A stretch of 63,537 bases of DNA, counting the filler, from Dicyema japonicum (lineage: Eukaryota > Animalia > Dicyemida), in NCBI GenBank assembly GCA_011109175.1. It is 9 parts of 9 records of this genome, joined end to end, with 100 filler letters (N's around TTAATTAATTAA, not from the genome) between each part and the next. Parts side by side here need not be neighbours in the genome. Positions count along the whole stretch, not along the records: positions 45,288 to 47,874 come from RDEW01000356.1; positions 47,975 to 59,090 come from RDEW01000017.1; positions 59,191 to 61,123 come from RDEW01000262.1; 6 more parts are not named here. One strand, 5' to 3'. Position 1 is the stretch's first letter, and each line of letters starts with the position of its first letter. A model generated the notes under the pieces. It did not search any database, had not been told where the DNA came from, and worked only from the letters and a program-made list of their open reading frames with translations. A program made the translations under genes and the position numbers. Positions 46,508 to 59,570 of the stretch are shown piece after piece.

Positions 46508-47771
46508 CGCCTGTTTAGACGAAGGATTGCCAAAGAAGGAACGCTTTCGCATCAGAAGTTTCTCGAAGATTTTCCAATTTGACGGAGAAAAAACTTTTAT
46601 TTTAGAAAAAGGGAAACTTTTGAGGTTTTTTGCAACTGACGAAGCTGAATTAAAGATGAAAACTATTGAAGTAAACGTATTGATTAGAATTTTAAGGCTG
46701 AGCACAATTCTAACCATTTTAAAAGAGATAAGCTTCTTACTCTATTATCATCTAAAATATATNATTAAGATTTATAAAGATTCCGCCTGTTTAGACGAAG
46801 GATTATCAAAGAAGGAACGCTTTCGCATCAGAAGTTTCTCGAAGATCTTCCAATTTGACGGAAAAAAAGCTTTTATTTTAGAAAAAGGGAAACTTTTGAG
46901 GTTCTTTGCAACTGACGAAGCTGAATTAAAGATGAAAACTATTGAAGTAAAAGTATTGATTAGAATTTTAAGGCTGAGCACAATTCTAACCATTTTGGTA
47001 GAGATAAGCTTCTTACTTTATTATCATCTAAAATATATGGAGTAAAAAGACAAGAAGTTTGTAAAGTTATCGGATAGTGTGTTTTTTGTCAGGCAAATTA
47101 AGTCATTTAATTTGCAGTCTAAACTGTTAATGGAATCTAAACCTCCCATTACACCTATAATTGCTTCTGCGCCACGGGACAGATATATCGTCGATCTCGT
47201 AGGTCTACGAAGATACTCGGAAATAAACGATTTGTTCTNCCGCTTGTTTAGACAAAGGATTGTCAAATAAGGAACGCTTTCGCATCAGAAGTTTCTCGAA
47301 GATCTTCCAATTTGACGGAAAAAAAGTTTTTATTTTGGAAAAAGGGAAACTTTTGAGGTTCTTTGCTACTGACGAAGCTGAATTAAAGATGAAAACTATT
47401 GCTTATGCGCCACGGGACAGATATATCGTCGATCTCGTGGATCTACGAAGATACTCGGAAAGAAACGATTCGTTTTCATGGGTTTGGCTTCCTATATATT
47501 TATAGAAAGATTGTCGTACTTATTGACTCTTTCTTCAAATTTGGTGTGGTTGAAACTGCCAAATCAAACAAAATCTGCGATTGAAATTTCCAATATCTTA
47601 CACGGAAAAAATGGCCATTTCTATTCTGTCAAAGATGAGGAAACTCAGGAAGAACTCACAAATATACACATATCAAGATTATCTAAATTAAAAAAATACT
47701 GATTTTTTGATTATAAACAAAATTAAACTAAGAATTTTTTGGTTACTCCGCGGGCGAAACCCGCATAGGGG
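46508..47771 (+). mobile_element. Ginger-like integrase element, fragmented with overlapping duplicate copies
   Basis: Reads PITPIIASAPRDRYIVDLVDL..LIDSFFKF (first catalytic D) and C-terminal IHISRL, as in 16772-17404. Confidence 0.75.
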
Positions 47772-47974
47772 TATTTTTAGGGCCAATCAGTTTAGTTTTT
47801 AAGAATAATTTAGAATCTATACAAAAGTTTAGTATTTAGTTTGGTATATAGGGACCTAAAAAGGCCCAGGTAGCNNNNNNNNNNNNNNNNNNNNNNNNNN
47901 NNNNNNNNNNNNNNNNNNTTAATTAATTAANNNNNNNNNNNNNNNNNNNNNNNNNNNNNNNNNNNNNNNNNNNN

Positions 47975-48250
47975 TTCGGTATAACGATACATATCAAACA
48001 TTGTATTTTTCCATCGACCATTGTCCAAAAATAGACAAGTTCCCATTTATCTTGAAACACTCTCTGTTCATTGTTCAAACTCCGTATCTTAGTTCCAGAA
48101 GAGGCACGTGACATTGACAAATAACATTTACAAATACTGCTGAAAAAAATTAATTAAATTTAAAAAAATAACAAAATTATTTTTTGTGTTTTATAGCAAT
48201 TAAATCGAGCCACACTTATTCTTATAAAGGTCGCGTGTTTGACACTCCTG
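47975..48250 (-). mobile_element. hAT (SPIN/GTF2IRD2-like) left end and transposase start
   Basis: TIR CAGGAGTGTCAAACACGCG on the minus strand at 48232-48250; reads EQRVFQDKWELVYF..QCLIC. Confidence 0.85.
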
Positions 48251-48391
48251 CCTTAAACAATCCAAATTTAGTACTTTTTCAAACATTTGCTATATTCTAG
48301 CACATCAGTAGGACAATAAATTTTACTAAAAACCCACGTGACCTACTCAGCAAACTAATTGAAGGAAAATAAACAAAAAAGTATTTAAAAG

Positions 48392-48871
48392 TCAGAATGC
48401 CAATTTCTTGATAAGCATATAAACCTTCAGGTCATTGTGGAAGTAGTGAAGGCTGTTATCGTCAGCAGATAATCTCATTAAGAGTCATCCGAAAGAGATG
48501 TACACAGAACTACATAAAACAAGGATTTATACAGTTTGGGGGAAGCGATTTCTCTTGCATTTCAATGCGGTACACTCTCCCATACATCACGTATTCGTAG
48601 GCATCAGCACGTGAGTTGGCGGGCAACGAACTGTAATCAGCTTTATGTGGAAGTCATCCTCTATGAGGGAAGAAGCGAGGAGGAGTCGGAATTTGTTGCC
48701 GAGTTCTAGGGGGTGCAACTGAGTGTTGATGTCCACAAGTAAGTATGACTTGAAGGACTCACTTTCACACCTACACCGAGTTACTGAGATTATAAAATAG
48801 TAATTACCGTTGTCAAACTTCTTTGGGTGGACTTCTGTAATGTCGAAAATATCTTCGTACAACGACCCCAT
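48392..48871 (-). pseudogene. POLR2H: RNA polymerase I/II/III shared subunit RPB8, full length but with two -1 frameshifts and a premature TGA
   Basis: Reads [12 protein letters not shown]|[49 protein letters not shown]. Introns at 48784-48807 and 48510-48532; lesions at about 48642-48644, 48538-48542 and 48485-48487. Confidence 0.85.
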
Positions 48872-48949
48872 CAGAACGAGTATTGTTATTCAAATATTCT
48901 ATTACTTATTTAATAAAAAATTATATTTTTATATATAATTATTAAATCT

Positions 48950-51590
48950 CTCTGGTTGAGCTGGTGACGTGGCTCTTGAACTCAATGTTTGGAATACACA
49001 GCATAAAGCCATTGGACTTCTCACTTTAACGTCAGGGGACTCTTTAGCGTTTGGAAACGGAAGGAACTGGTCGAGGATCTTTCAAAGAACAAGATTTCAA
49101 TCGCCTGCCTTCAGGAGACTAAACTAATCAACGGGATCAAAGAACAACATGGGAACTTTTTACTAATCTTCCTTCCAGGTGGAAACAAGCACTATGAGCT
49201 AGGATTTGCCGATAGGAATGATCTATCTAAGAGAGTCTGCCGCTATTACAGCGTGAATGGTAGAATCGGGGTTGAAACTGGATGACCTCAACCCGTCTAA
49301 AAAATATCTAACTATAATAAACGTTTTCGCTCCTCACAGTGGATGGCTTAATAAAAACCCTGAAGAGATTGATGACTTTTACACCAGTTTTTCTGCCGTA
49401 TTCTCCAAGTATGCTTTCTCAACATTAGTAATGATCGCAGGAGACCTAAATGCGAAAGCTGGCACCCAAGTTACAACCGATGAGACATTCATGTGAAGGC
49501 ACGGTAGGGGAAAAGAAATCTCTTCCGGGAACCCTACTAGCTAATTTCTGTCAAACGAACAACCAATTTTTATGCAATACATCCTTCATGCATCCAGCCA
49601 GACATTAATCAACGTGGTCGGGACAGAGAACAAATTCTGAAGGGTGAGTAATTAACATATACGACCAAATTGACTACATCATCTGCAGACAGAAGGATCA
49701 AGGGATTATATTTGATGCACGATGGTGGATCGATTGTCGACAGCGACCACAAAATGGTTATTGCTAGACTTACTCTAAAGAGATTTATGGTACTGCAAAA
49801 AACGAGATGGAAACACATTGGAATTACAAAACCCTAGTCTTTATAATTTGGAATCCTTAATCAGTCAATCAGAAGGGGCCCTAGCATTCAAAGAATATCT
49901 GGATGCAGAACTAGAAAACATGCCTACAGATTTGCCGCCCAGAAAATCTTGGGATATTGTAAAGCAGTCAATACACAAAGGAGCCAGCCTGCATCTATTG
50001 AAAGAACATGAGAAAATCCCATCGCACTTTGGAAAACTTTTTAATCCTAGAACGAAAACTTTCAATCCTAGAACGAGAAAAATTGAATGAAGAAACGACA
50101 TCATATAAAGTTGAACTTGTGAGTTCCAAGTTGAAAAACAACAAGATTCCTGGCCCCGACGGACTTGGTGGTGAATTCTTCAAATATGGAACCCAAAAGC
50201 TGTATGAATACATCGCTAGGATCATGAATGAAATGTACTATTATGGTCACACGCTGACCCTGGGAGGGGTATCTTGATACCTATACAGAAGGTGAATAAA
50301 CCAAGAGCTAAGGTGGAGAACCTCCGTCCAGTTATATTAATGAATTCACTTCGGAAAATTCTGGCGAACATAACATTACGAAGGATGGAAAGACGCCTAG
50401 ATATTTTTCTGTCGCTATCTAACAGCGGATTCTGAAAAGAAAGATCCACTTTCGATGTTTTGTGGTCCCACAAGTGGAGATCTGCGGCCGTTCAAAATTT
50501 CAAAATGTCCACAAACATCTCGGAATCGACTCTGTCGACAGACGAAAGCTGATACTGGTTCTGGGGAGTTTCTTATACGCTTCCACTGTCAGAATGGCCA
50601 CCACCTTCCTAGCTGATACTTGGCTCACTGTTAGAGTCTGGGGAGCCTTGTCTCGCCGATTTGAGACGACTGTTGACACTCCACTAGGGAGAATCATTAT
50701 CACCTATCCTTTTTGTCATATACCTTGAAGCTGCTTTACGGGAGTCAAAACCGATAATGGGTGAAAAGATAAACATTATTGCGAATGCTAACGACGTAGA
50801 CTTTATTTCAACGACAAAATACCACTCACTCGCTTGATGGAAGATGTGCCTAGAAGACTAGAGGAATGGTTCCTAACAGTAAATCCGGACAAGACTGAGG
50901 TAACTGAACTCAAGAGGGAAGAAACGAGGACGGAAGAGCACTGGCGCAAGTGCAAAAAGTTGGCTCCCTCCTAGGAGACAATGAAGAAATTACAAGAAGA
51001 AAAACCCTAACACAAACTGCCCTCTCCAGACTGAAGAACACCTGGCTCCACAAAAAAGGCTTTTACATTATAACAAAAACTCGATTATAAAATTCGCTAG
51101 TGAAATCCATATTACTGTATAACGCTGGTACCTGGGCCTGCTCAAGAAATAAACTGAAGAGGCAATGCGTTTCATAGAAACCAACTACTGCATATGATGT
51201 TCGAAAGAAATGATACGAAGATGTTATCTAATCTTCTTTATAGAAGGACGAAGACCTCTGAAATTTCTAATGAAATTCTGGATACACGATGGAGGCTTTT
51301 AGGCCATATTCTGCGACTGGACCTAGATTCCCCCGCTAACGTAGCCGTATGGATTACTTCATGTTGGAAGCCCCCCGTTTCCGTGGTCGCCCAAAGACGA
51401 CACTGCCAGTCGTTCTCGACAAGGACCTCAAAGAAATCGGACAGCATCTTGGAAGTGGAGAAGATCTCGACTGGTTGCGCACTGCGGTTTTGAATAGGAG
51501 TAAGTAAATGAAATTAACTAGTGATTTGCTAACTCGTGTTGCGCATGCTTTTTCAAGTTCTATGACATAGCGATAACTGCTAATAATAAT
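48950..51590 (+). mobile_element. RTE-like LINE, near full length (APE to 3' TAA-repeat tail), degenerate
   Basis: Reads ACLQETK..INVFAP..AGDLNAK..DQIDYII..SDHK; PGPDG..LRPVILMN; RWRLLGHILRLD. (TAA)n tail at 51581-51592; a weak possible TSD, taaatct, at 48943 and 51590. Confidence 0.9.
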
Positions 51591-51999
51591 AAATCTACGG
51601 ACGACAACATTCACCAAGCTACTCAGGTGGAAGTAATAACAGTTAGCTTTTTTAGCAAAGCACGAAATCTTATGGATACGGATCCAGAATGGGTTATTAC
51701 CAAGTCACTCGGATTTTTAAGGGCAAATTTTATTTGACATCCGTCTCTGTAATTGGTGTGACTAAGTCTATGTACCTTCAATCTGCATTTACCCTTTTAG
51801 GGCAAGGTCTATGAGCGATTGACTTGGGAGTCGAATCCCGAATCTTCAACGTTGTCCTCTTCATCATTTAGTTGTGGCAAATTAAAAATAAATAACTTCT
51901 CAAAGTGCTAGATAAATATATAACTTCCAATAAAGGCATCTATTCAACTGGAAGTGATGAAAAAGATACTAAAAGTATTCTGAAGTAAAAATCGGAGGG

Positions 52000-52870
52000 G
52001 AGTTTTATCTCAGGGACATCATCATTTGGAGATGACGACCCAGTTTGGTAAAAATATTTACGATATTCCTAAGCTAATTCTGTGATATCCATGAAGTACT
52101 TCACTATTCTTCAGATCCCCAATCACTATGTGTGCAATGAAAAGATCTATCGTGAAAAGCAACAAGCATTCAAAGGGACTCTGGAGTCTAATTGACGTGG
52201 ATACATCATTATTCCTCTTAAAGAGCAGCCTCAACGTACAGGCTTGAATATGTCCTGAGGACTGCCTCCTTCACCCTATGCGACAAACTTGTAAATATTG
52301 AAGGGATCTTCCGTTCAACATAAAAGCGTATCTTCAATGTCCTGTTTGAAGAAACTTAGTGGTGTCTGGACGATTCCGTATGCAGTAAGTATTTTGAAGA
52401 TCTACTGGTGTCATTTAACTGACACCGCCGTGCTTGTTCGCTGTCGGTGGCATCTTCCGAAAGTGGAACCTGGCTTCCTAGTGAAGGTTTGTGAACCTTT
52501 CTGGATGATGAATGAAATCGTATTGGGATCTCATTACTTAGGTCGTGTGCCGCATCCATGTCGAGTAGCATTTCTGTTGATCTCCTAGACACATGACCTT
52601 GGACGTAGTTTTTAGATTTGCTTTGGGCGCTGTCGGACACCCTTCTATGCTCGAACCAGTCAACCTTTGCAGACGTGACGGGAAACGACCCGATGGGATG
52701 ATCATCTTCCCCTTTGAAGCTTGGACGTCATCTGCACCACACATTTGCCACTAGCATCCTAAATCAGAGTACTTCTAGAGCCTGCTCTGCTGGCAAGAAG
52801 GTTGAGAGATCAAAACGTGCAGCATACGCAGTCTTAACAGATGTTTTGTTTGTTCCTCTCGCAGGTAAAA
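52000..52870 (+). mobile_element. CRE-like element relic (post-RT region to RLE), internally deleted
   Basis: Reads [47 protein letters not shown]. Confidence 0.7.
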
Positions 52871-54179
52871 AATTCAGTTCCCCTGCACCCCCGAATTACT
52901 GGATTGTCTAGGGAATCTGATTTCTACACGCACTAGAAATCTCTAAGAAAACATGGTTCGAAGAAAATCTCATTGAATATCTTACATCCCTACCACACGT
53001 CCTTAAGTCCTTACAATACGATTGAGGATGTCCTCCGGACTAACTCTGGTGCTTCTGTTTAGTTTTGAGCATTCTGCTCTTAGAATTCTCGAGATTGTCG
53101 TAGAAAGGGGTATCTCGTTGTTACCATATTAACAACATCTGTTATTTTGTGGAAGGAATTCACTTTCGTGAGTACCCCCACTTGTTTTAAAACGGAGAGA
53201 AATGTCGTTCGAAGTTATTCCTAGTTGGAACCCGTGCTGCTCAAGGCGTTATATTCAAGAGGATCGCGACCATTTAGATTTGGTGGAATTCACTGCTCTA
53301 CCGATGTTTCTCGCTAGTGGCTTCCGATATGTTGGTCAGGAGGATGGTAAACTCCCTTCCCGACTTTTTAGTCGACCTGGACGTCGACCATGTACGGGAG
53401 ACTTGGAACTGTATTCTTTTTATCCTCTTTCTATCCTGAGATTCCAACGTGGAGAATGTTTTTTGTCTGAGTTTTTCAAAAATCTCTTAGTTATCAAACC
53501 AGCGCACCCATGCCTTCCTGTTGTCCCAGCTGGCTCAACTACATCTCAAGCGGAGAACCGGGAGCCGTTCTGAACGACTTGTTCTTTAAAATTGGAGTTT
53601 CGTAAGACATATTGAACCACGTGACGCACGCTAACAATTCAAGCTTTCTGGAGCCAAATAGAAGAGGAGGAACAGAAATAACAAACAAAATCTTCAAGTA
53701 GTCACAGCATCATCACCCGTTGCGTATGTTATGTGCCAGACAGTCGATTATGTTATACACGACTATCAAATTAAAAAAGAAAATTTTTTATTATTGACAT
53801 CTGTTGCGACCCCGATTAACTGACGTCTTTTTTGTTGGAGACCCATGACTTTGTCTTTCAAATTCAATTACCTTACTTATGAACCGGATTTGGCATGCAG
53901 TACTTTCCGAAGTGATCGGCTGGATCACCGACAAATTAAAAGGGAATACGTGGCCGTCAGGTGATCTCTCCTTCCTTAAGTAGTCGTCCCATCTTTGCTT
54001 GGTGTTCATCCAGAAAACTTACGCACTTCCTATATGCACAAAGCACTTTTGGGAATTTAGAAGTGTCAATAGGGCTCGCATTCTTCTCACAAGATTTTCG
54101 AAAGGAAGGAGAATTTTTGTATTGCCACAGTGACTGTTGCTTGAATAACATTAATCTTCTTTAGATTTGTATTCGACAG

Positions 54180-57100
54180 GTTTGTCCCCATGCACCATGT
54201 CCATAGCGTTGAGTTGAACCAGCCTTTGTAGTGTCCAAGAAGTGTTTTTACAAAGTTTAATTTCGCTGAGATGATATGACGTTGTTAACATCTTTTTAAT
54301 ATACCTCAAAATAAAGAAATATTAATTTTTATAAGAAAAGGGGATTTCCCCAGGAAAAAATTGTAAAAAGGACATTCTATAGTACTTAGAGTAGCAAAGT
54401 GGTCTTGTTCGAAGAGAACATGTATTACAAATATTAGGATACGATATGGTATTTTTAGTGGTTACGATGCCTCCGTAGGCGACTGACTCTCATGTAGCTG
54501 GACTTCTCAGTGGATAGTTTCATCCCTTTCTTGGTGCACCAGTCCTGAACTTGATCAATGAATGACTTGATTCTTCTTTCCGATAAAGTTGATTTCCCAT
54601 ACGGATCCGTAATCAGAATATCATCTGCGTATATCAATAGTTTGGTGTTCGCATCCGGTGGAATTGGGAAGTCTGACCAGAACACGTTGAACAGAAGTGG
54701 GCTCAAGACAGAACCCTGTGGAACTCCCCTCTTCAATATGAAATCTTTTGACATATTTGGTTCAACACGTACTCGAGAAGTCTGACTTGTAGGAAGTCCT
54801 TTATCCAAATGAAAAGTTTTTTTTGGATTTCAGCAGCTGCTAGCCTTGATAAGAGGGCTTCATGCCACACGCTATCAAAAGCATTGGACAGATCCAAGCA
54901 TACCAGGTTGACTAGTCTCTTGAATTCCAAACCTCTCAATAACATTGAATGCATCTGGTAGATGCAATCCATGCAGGATTTTCCAGGTCTGAAGCCACAT
55001 TGCTCTGCGATGAGGAAACCACTCTCTTCTATGTGGTCGTTTAGCCTCTTGAAGATAATTCGCTCAATAATCTTGGAAATAGAGCAGATGAGGTGATCGG
55101 CTTATAGCTGAGAGGGTCCCTCCCCGACATTTTCGGTTTCAAGATCATTCTGACTATGGAGGTTTTCCAGCGTTTGGGGACGTAGCCATAGTCTATGCTC
55201 GCGTTGAATAAATTCTTCAGTACGAGCAGTAGATCCTCTGGGCCTTCCTTGAACAATCTCATGCTAATATGGTCATGTCCAGGGGCGTTAGCTTTGCATG
55301 TTTTGATGCTAATCATGACGTCCTCTGTCGTTATCTTCATTTTAGTATCTTTGAGATCATCCAAAGAGTAGGTTAGAATTTTTTGTGAAGCATCTAACTT
55401 TTACCTTGGGATCAGCACCATCGGGTTGACCCCCTGAATGCGCTCTAGTTGCTTCTTAAAAAATATCTGGGGCTTCTTTCATAGAACATGATCAACCTTC
55501 TGGCTTGGTCAAAGAGATTTTCATGTCATTCATTTTCTGGCCAGTTATTCTTTCGTAGAACTTCCAGAACGAGGGGTCTTCGGTGTTTAGTTTGCTTGCC
55601 TCGACCCTCAAACATTGTTTTTGAGACAGTCTTGTTCCCTCTTCAATGGTTTTTTTGATTATCTTCAGTTGACCGGTCAATACAATTCAGTACATCCAGT
55701 CGACACATTTTCTGAGTTTGTTCCTCAGGCGGTTTCTTTCATTAATCATAGATAATGTAGAAGGGGAGAGATTGATGCTCTTCCCATAATTGGTCCTTGA
55801 GGGTCTCCTCCTTGCGTAAAGTAATAAGTATCTCTCCATCACAATTGAAAGGTCTATGTTGTTAATATTACTTCGGGAATAAGGTCCCTCCTTCCAGTTT
55901 TTAAGGTTTCTAGATATGTATCTTCTATAGTGTTCCCAATTTAGTCTTGATAGGTCCTGTAAACACATACTCCGTGGTGTCCGGAGCCAGGCTCAGTAAC
56001 ATCTCTTGGGGGATGTGGTAGCTCTTGATGTCCCACATGATCATCGGTCTCTCCACATAAGTGTAGAGCAGTGGTGACATCAGGAACACCCCAAGCATGT
56101 CTCCACCGTGGTGTGAGTAGTGATTCGGCTTCTCCGACGTCAAAATCTCGAAGCCAGTCTTATCATTCAATTTTCTTAGCCTGATTCCATTCTCGTTGGT
56201 TTTGAGACATCCATATTTAATGTTCTTAGCATTTAGATCTCCCACTAGTACAGACAAATCGTTTCTTGTGAAGAATTCTTCAATTTCTGTGGAGCACTTT
56301 CTGAGATCCTTTGAATACATTCTTCCAACGTGTATCCAACAGGCCACAGCATCTCACCTCGACGGAAACAAATTCACAATGTGTATTCATAATAACTTTT
56401 GGCTCACGTAGAACATAACTTTAGAACAATGTGGTTTCAGTACCAGCTTCTGCACCTTCGCCCCATGGTATTTCTATAGAATTATATCCCTGTACATTGT
56501 AGTGTTGGTCTTTTTCACCTTGGTCTCGTTGATCACCAGGATGTCATTCTTGGTTGACGACAGGAGTAGTGCCAGGTCATGACGCTTCTTCCTCAGGGAT
56601 CGGGCGTTCACCAGCACTATCTTCAGGTTTCTTTTCAATTTTCTTTTTGGTGTCCATGGCCAGGTCCACCATTCTTCGTAAATCCACCCCGAGTGTGCCG
56701 CTTAGTTCCTTCAGTCTTGATATTATTTCCTCCAGTTCTTTTGCAATTCTCCCTGATAACTTTTCGCAGGGTAGCCAGGCCGACTCTCGTGCAAGAGGAG
56801 CAGCTTCATTCTTGTTAGTCCTTGGGCTAATTATTCTTTTTTGGGCTGGCGGTTCCACTTTGTTGGGTATAACATTCATCTGTTTTGGTTCCGTATTGTT
56901 GATTAGGGATTTAACTTTCGCCTGGCCTTCATGAGCACAGGGCATCCTCCATATCTTGCACCGTGTTTTGTTGATCAGCGGTTAACACACGTAGGTTCAT
57001 GACCCGGATCCGCATTGCACCTGGGGGTGTCATGCTCTCCCGCGCAACGGAAGCATTTCTTCTTTCCCGTGCACTGGTATGCAAAGTGACCGACCTGCTG

Positions 57101-57370
57101 ACAGTTGTAGCAGATCGGCGGCCCTCTTCTCATTCTCTCACAAGAGATTTGTTCGTTCCGATGTAGAAGCCACAGCGTATTAGTGATGTGGCCTCCGATT
57201 TACTATATCGAGGCCTTCGCCATTGGCATGGCCTGCGATCCTCTGGTCATTCGGGTAACCTTCGTGACTGAAGGAGCCATCTCCTGGAGGTAGACCAAGA
57301 GGTCGTCCTCCTTCACCCAGAAAGGAAGGTTCCTGAGGACAATCTCAGACGGATTCAATTTCACAGAGTC
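54180..57370 (-). mobile_element. I/Jockey-group LINE, near full length: ORF1 (RRM-like + gag-type Cys-His knuckles) and ORF2 (APE + RT), degenerate
   Basis: Reads IVLRNLPFWV..CYNCQQVGHFAYQC..CFRCAGEH..C; VINETK..VGDLNAK..; APGHDHI..W..YKPI..; LDLSNAFDSVWH; GVPQGSVLSPLLFN..YADDI. Confidence 0.9.
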
Positions 57371-57829
57371 GTTGATAATATGATTTGGTTTTTTGCTTTA
57401 TATCTTTGTTCTAAATTTCTCTCGAAAATAGGAGAATATATATTTTTAACAACCCTGAATATTTCTAAAACAGTTTCTGGTCTGAGTGGAAGCATCCCTT
57501 CCAAGCATCATGTCTACCAATATCCGCCATTATAGTTAGGAAAAGAGGAATTTTTCTCTTGAGTTGTGTAGACCCCATAACGCCTCTAAGAAATTACTGA
57601 AAAGTCCAATTTGGAGTAAAAATCAAATAAATTAAAGACTCACTCTGCTGAGGGAGGCTAAGATCACCTGAATTTTTCAATTCTGGCTATTACGGTGTTG
57701 TTCTGATTCAATAAATTTAATTGAATCCAGAGATTACAAAACATGAAAAATAAAATTCCATTAAATTTGCGACATTCCATTTAGATTGCTATCTCATAGT
57801 GAGGAAAAGGGAGAAAAAATTTATTAACA

Positions 57830-58560
57830 GAAAGTAAAGTTGTTATGACAGGTCTCTATCACCTGCAGGCATTGAGCACACAATGGGAGTTACCTCTCAT
57901 AATCGCGACTCCAATGTTCTAGAAAAACCATCACGTCATTTTAGGTACACCCGTCCGCTAACCCCGCAAGCCGTTCGATTAACCTGATAAAATCTGACAT
58001 ACTCGGACCAATAACACCAGACGTCTCAAAGGAGATCTGCTGGAAAACGAACCGATCCACGATGACGTGGTACTCCTTTCTTTTCATATTAGAAGAAAGT
58101 GCTCGCTGCGGAACCCCCGTGCAACGATGACTTAATTAATTCCCATTGGAGAAAGTGTCAGTGCACGATGAATCCCAAGCAAGAAATTTCCCTCGGCTCT
58201 ATGGCATGGTTGTTACGCCATCCGGCCTTTTGCTATCACATCTATCAAGACCGACGGGCTTTATAAAACAAATAAACTCGCGTCTTCGATAGCTCTCATG
58301 ACAGTCACGTTTAACATGGTATGACGAGGGAATCTCCTGGAGCTCCGTCTGCATGACAGGGGGTGTAGTCCTTTCCTATCAACCATTCCACCACATCGGC
58401 ATCGGTGTTCCAAGTAAACGTCAAGGCCAAGCCAATAAGTTACCGTCAAGCAAAATACCAACTGCCCGTACCAGCAAGGCATTGAGCCAGGACCTAGAAT
58501 TCTCAGCAGACGCTGAAATTCAGACATGTGCGACGATGGGTATCCGCGGACCATTTAAGT
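57830..58560 (-). mobile_element. CRE-like element 3' part with 3' UTR
   Basis: Reads [54 protein letters not shown]; the 3' UTR matches 880-1030. Confidence 0.85.
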
Positions 58561-58599
58561 TCATTTAGCTTTTTTTCATGTTTTTCGGAATACCAAACC

Positions 58600-58870
58600 G
58601 TTCGCAGTCTACTGCTGCACAACTGCGTCAAGCACTAGGTACATCCAAGCATGTCTTGTTATGACAATTCATCTTCGAACCAGTGGGAGTCGAAACGACA
58701 GGAATAATAAGAAGCAGGTCACTGAATTTGCTAAACAGGATCGGCTCGCTCATCACGAAGAAGAAAAACTATAGGAGAGAAAGGAGCCGTAGAGCACATT
58801 TCCTTGCAAATCGTAAAGGGAAATGCGTTTTCAATTATGGGAGCAGCCAACAGTTGCTAACTGTTAGTTT
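58600..58870 (+). mobile_element. CRE-like element extreme 3' part (different subfamily)
   Basis: Reads FEPVGVETTGII..LLNRIGSLIT..ISLQIV.GNAFSIMGAA. Confidence 0.75.
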
Positions 58871-59190
58871 TTGTGACACATATTTACTTAAGAAAGTGTT
58901 ATTAAAGTGTAATCTGCTCATAATTGAGCGCATACTTGGTATCTTCATGTCGAAGGATTTCTTTCCTCTTTATCATCTTGAATTCTTAAAATGAGTAATG
59001 GACTCTGGAGACAACCAGTGCCTTGCCGGCATCTAAAAAAGATCCCTTCTTTAATACTTAAAGGGATTCAATTCCTTAACTCTTTAAGGTNNNNNNNNNN
59101 NNNNNNNNNNNNNNNNNNNNNNNNNNNNNNNNNNTTAATTAATTAANNNNNNNNNNNNNNNNNNNNNNNNNNNNNNNNNNNNNNNNNNNN

Positions 59191-59570
59191 AAGTTTTTCA
59201 CCGCAAACAACACAAAGTAGTAGTGGGCAATCCATGTCCCCAGTCCATGTGCAAACTAAAAGCAATAGAACTTTCTCGATACGATCGAACTTTAAGATAT
59301 GCACTGTCACAAGACTCCATTTAGACACACGCAAATTAAATTAATTCGTCTTGAAAAATTATTCTTTTGAAAAAACAATTAAAAAATTTTTTTGGAATTT
59401 CGCGGAACCCAGGTTGGAAACCTCTGCATTAGAATATCCTTGATGCGTCTGCTCATAGAATTATTAGAAATAGGAATTAAGTCGAGCTCAGCAGCGGCAA
59501 ATTAATTCGTTTTGAAAAAAGAATTAAAAAAAATTTTGGAACTTCGCGGAACCTAGGTTGGGAACCTCTG
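59191..59570 (-). mobile_element. hAT Buster-type (ZBED8/SCAND3-like) left end, present twice, plus transposase start
   Basis: TIR CAGAGGTT(T/C)CCAACCT(G/A)GGTTCCGCG on the minus strand at 59401-59426 and 59545-59570; reads TWTGDMDCP...CVVCGEKL. Confidence 0.8.

Noticed and set aside
48485-48487. TGA reassigned to Gly (alternative genetic code) in RPB8
   Set aside because: The same gene ends on TGA and also has two frameshifts; no other conserved gene here shows an in-frame TGA.
51805-51845. tRNA-like T-arm (gggagtcgaatccc)
   Set aside because: No acceptor stem, D arm or anticodon arm could be folded around it.
52900-54170. ORFs at 53202-53573, 53791-54009 and 53957-54164 as host genes
   Set aside because: No recognisable motifs or micro-intron structure, and they lie between TE relics; probably decayed TE sequence, unassigned.
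57830-58870. Twin-priming 5' inversion of a single CRE element
   Set aside because: The minus-strand part continues to its own complete 3' end and belongs to a different subfamily from the plus-strand part.
1-58870. Sequence-specific target site for the CRE-like elements (as in trypanosome SL arrays)
   Set aside because: The sequences downstream of the 3' ends at about 698, 1030, 1335, 43540 and 57830 share no recognisable motif.
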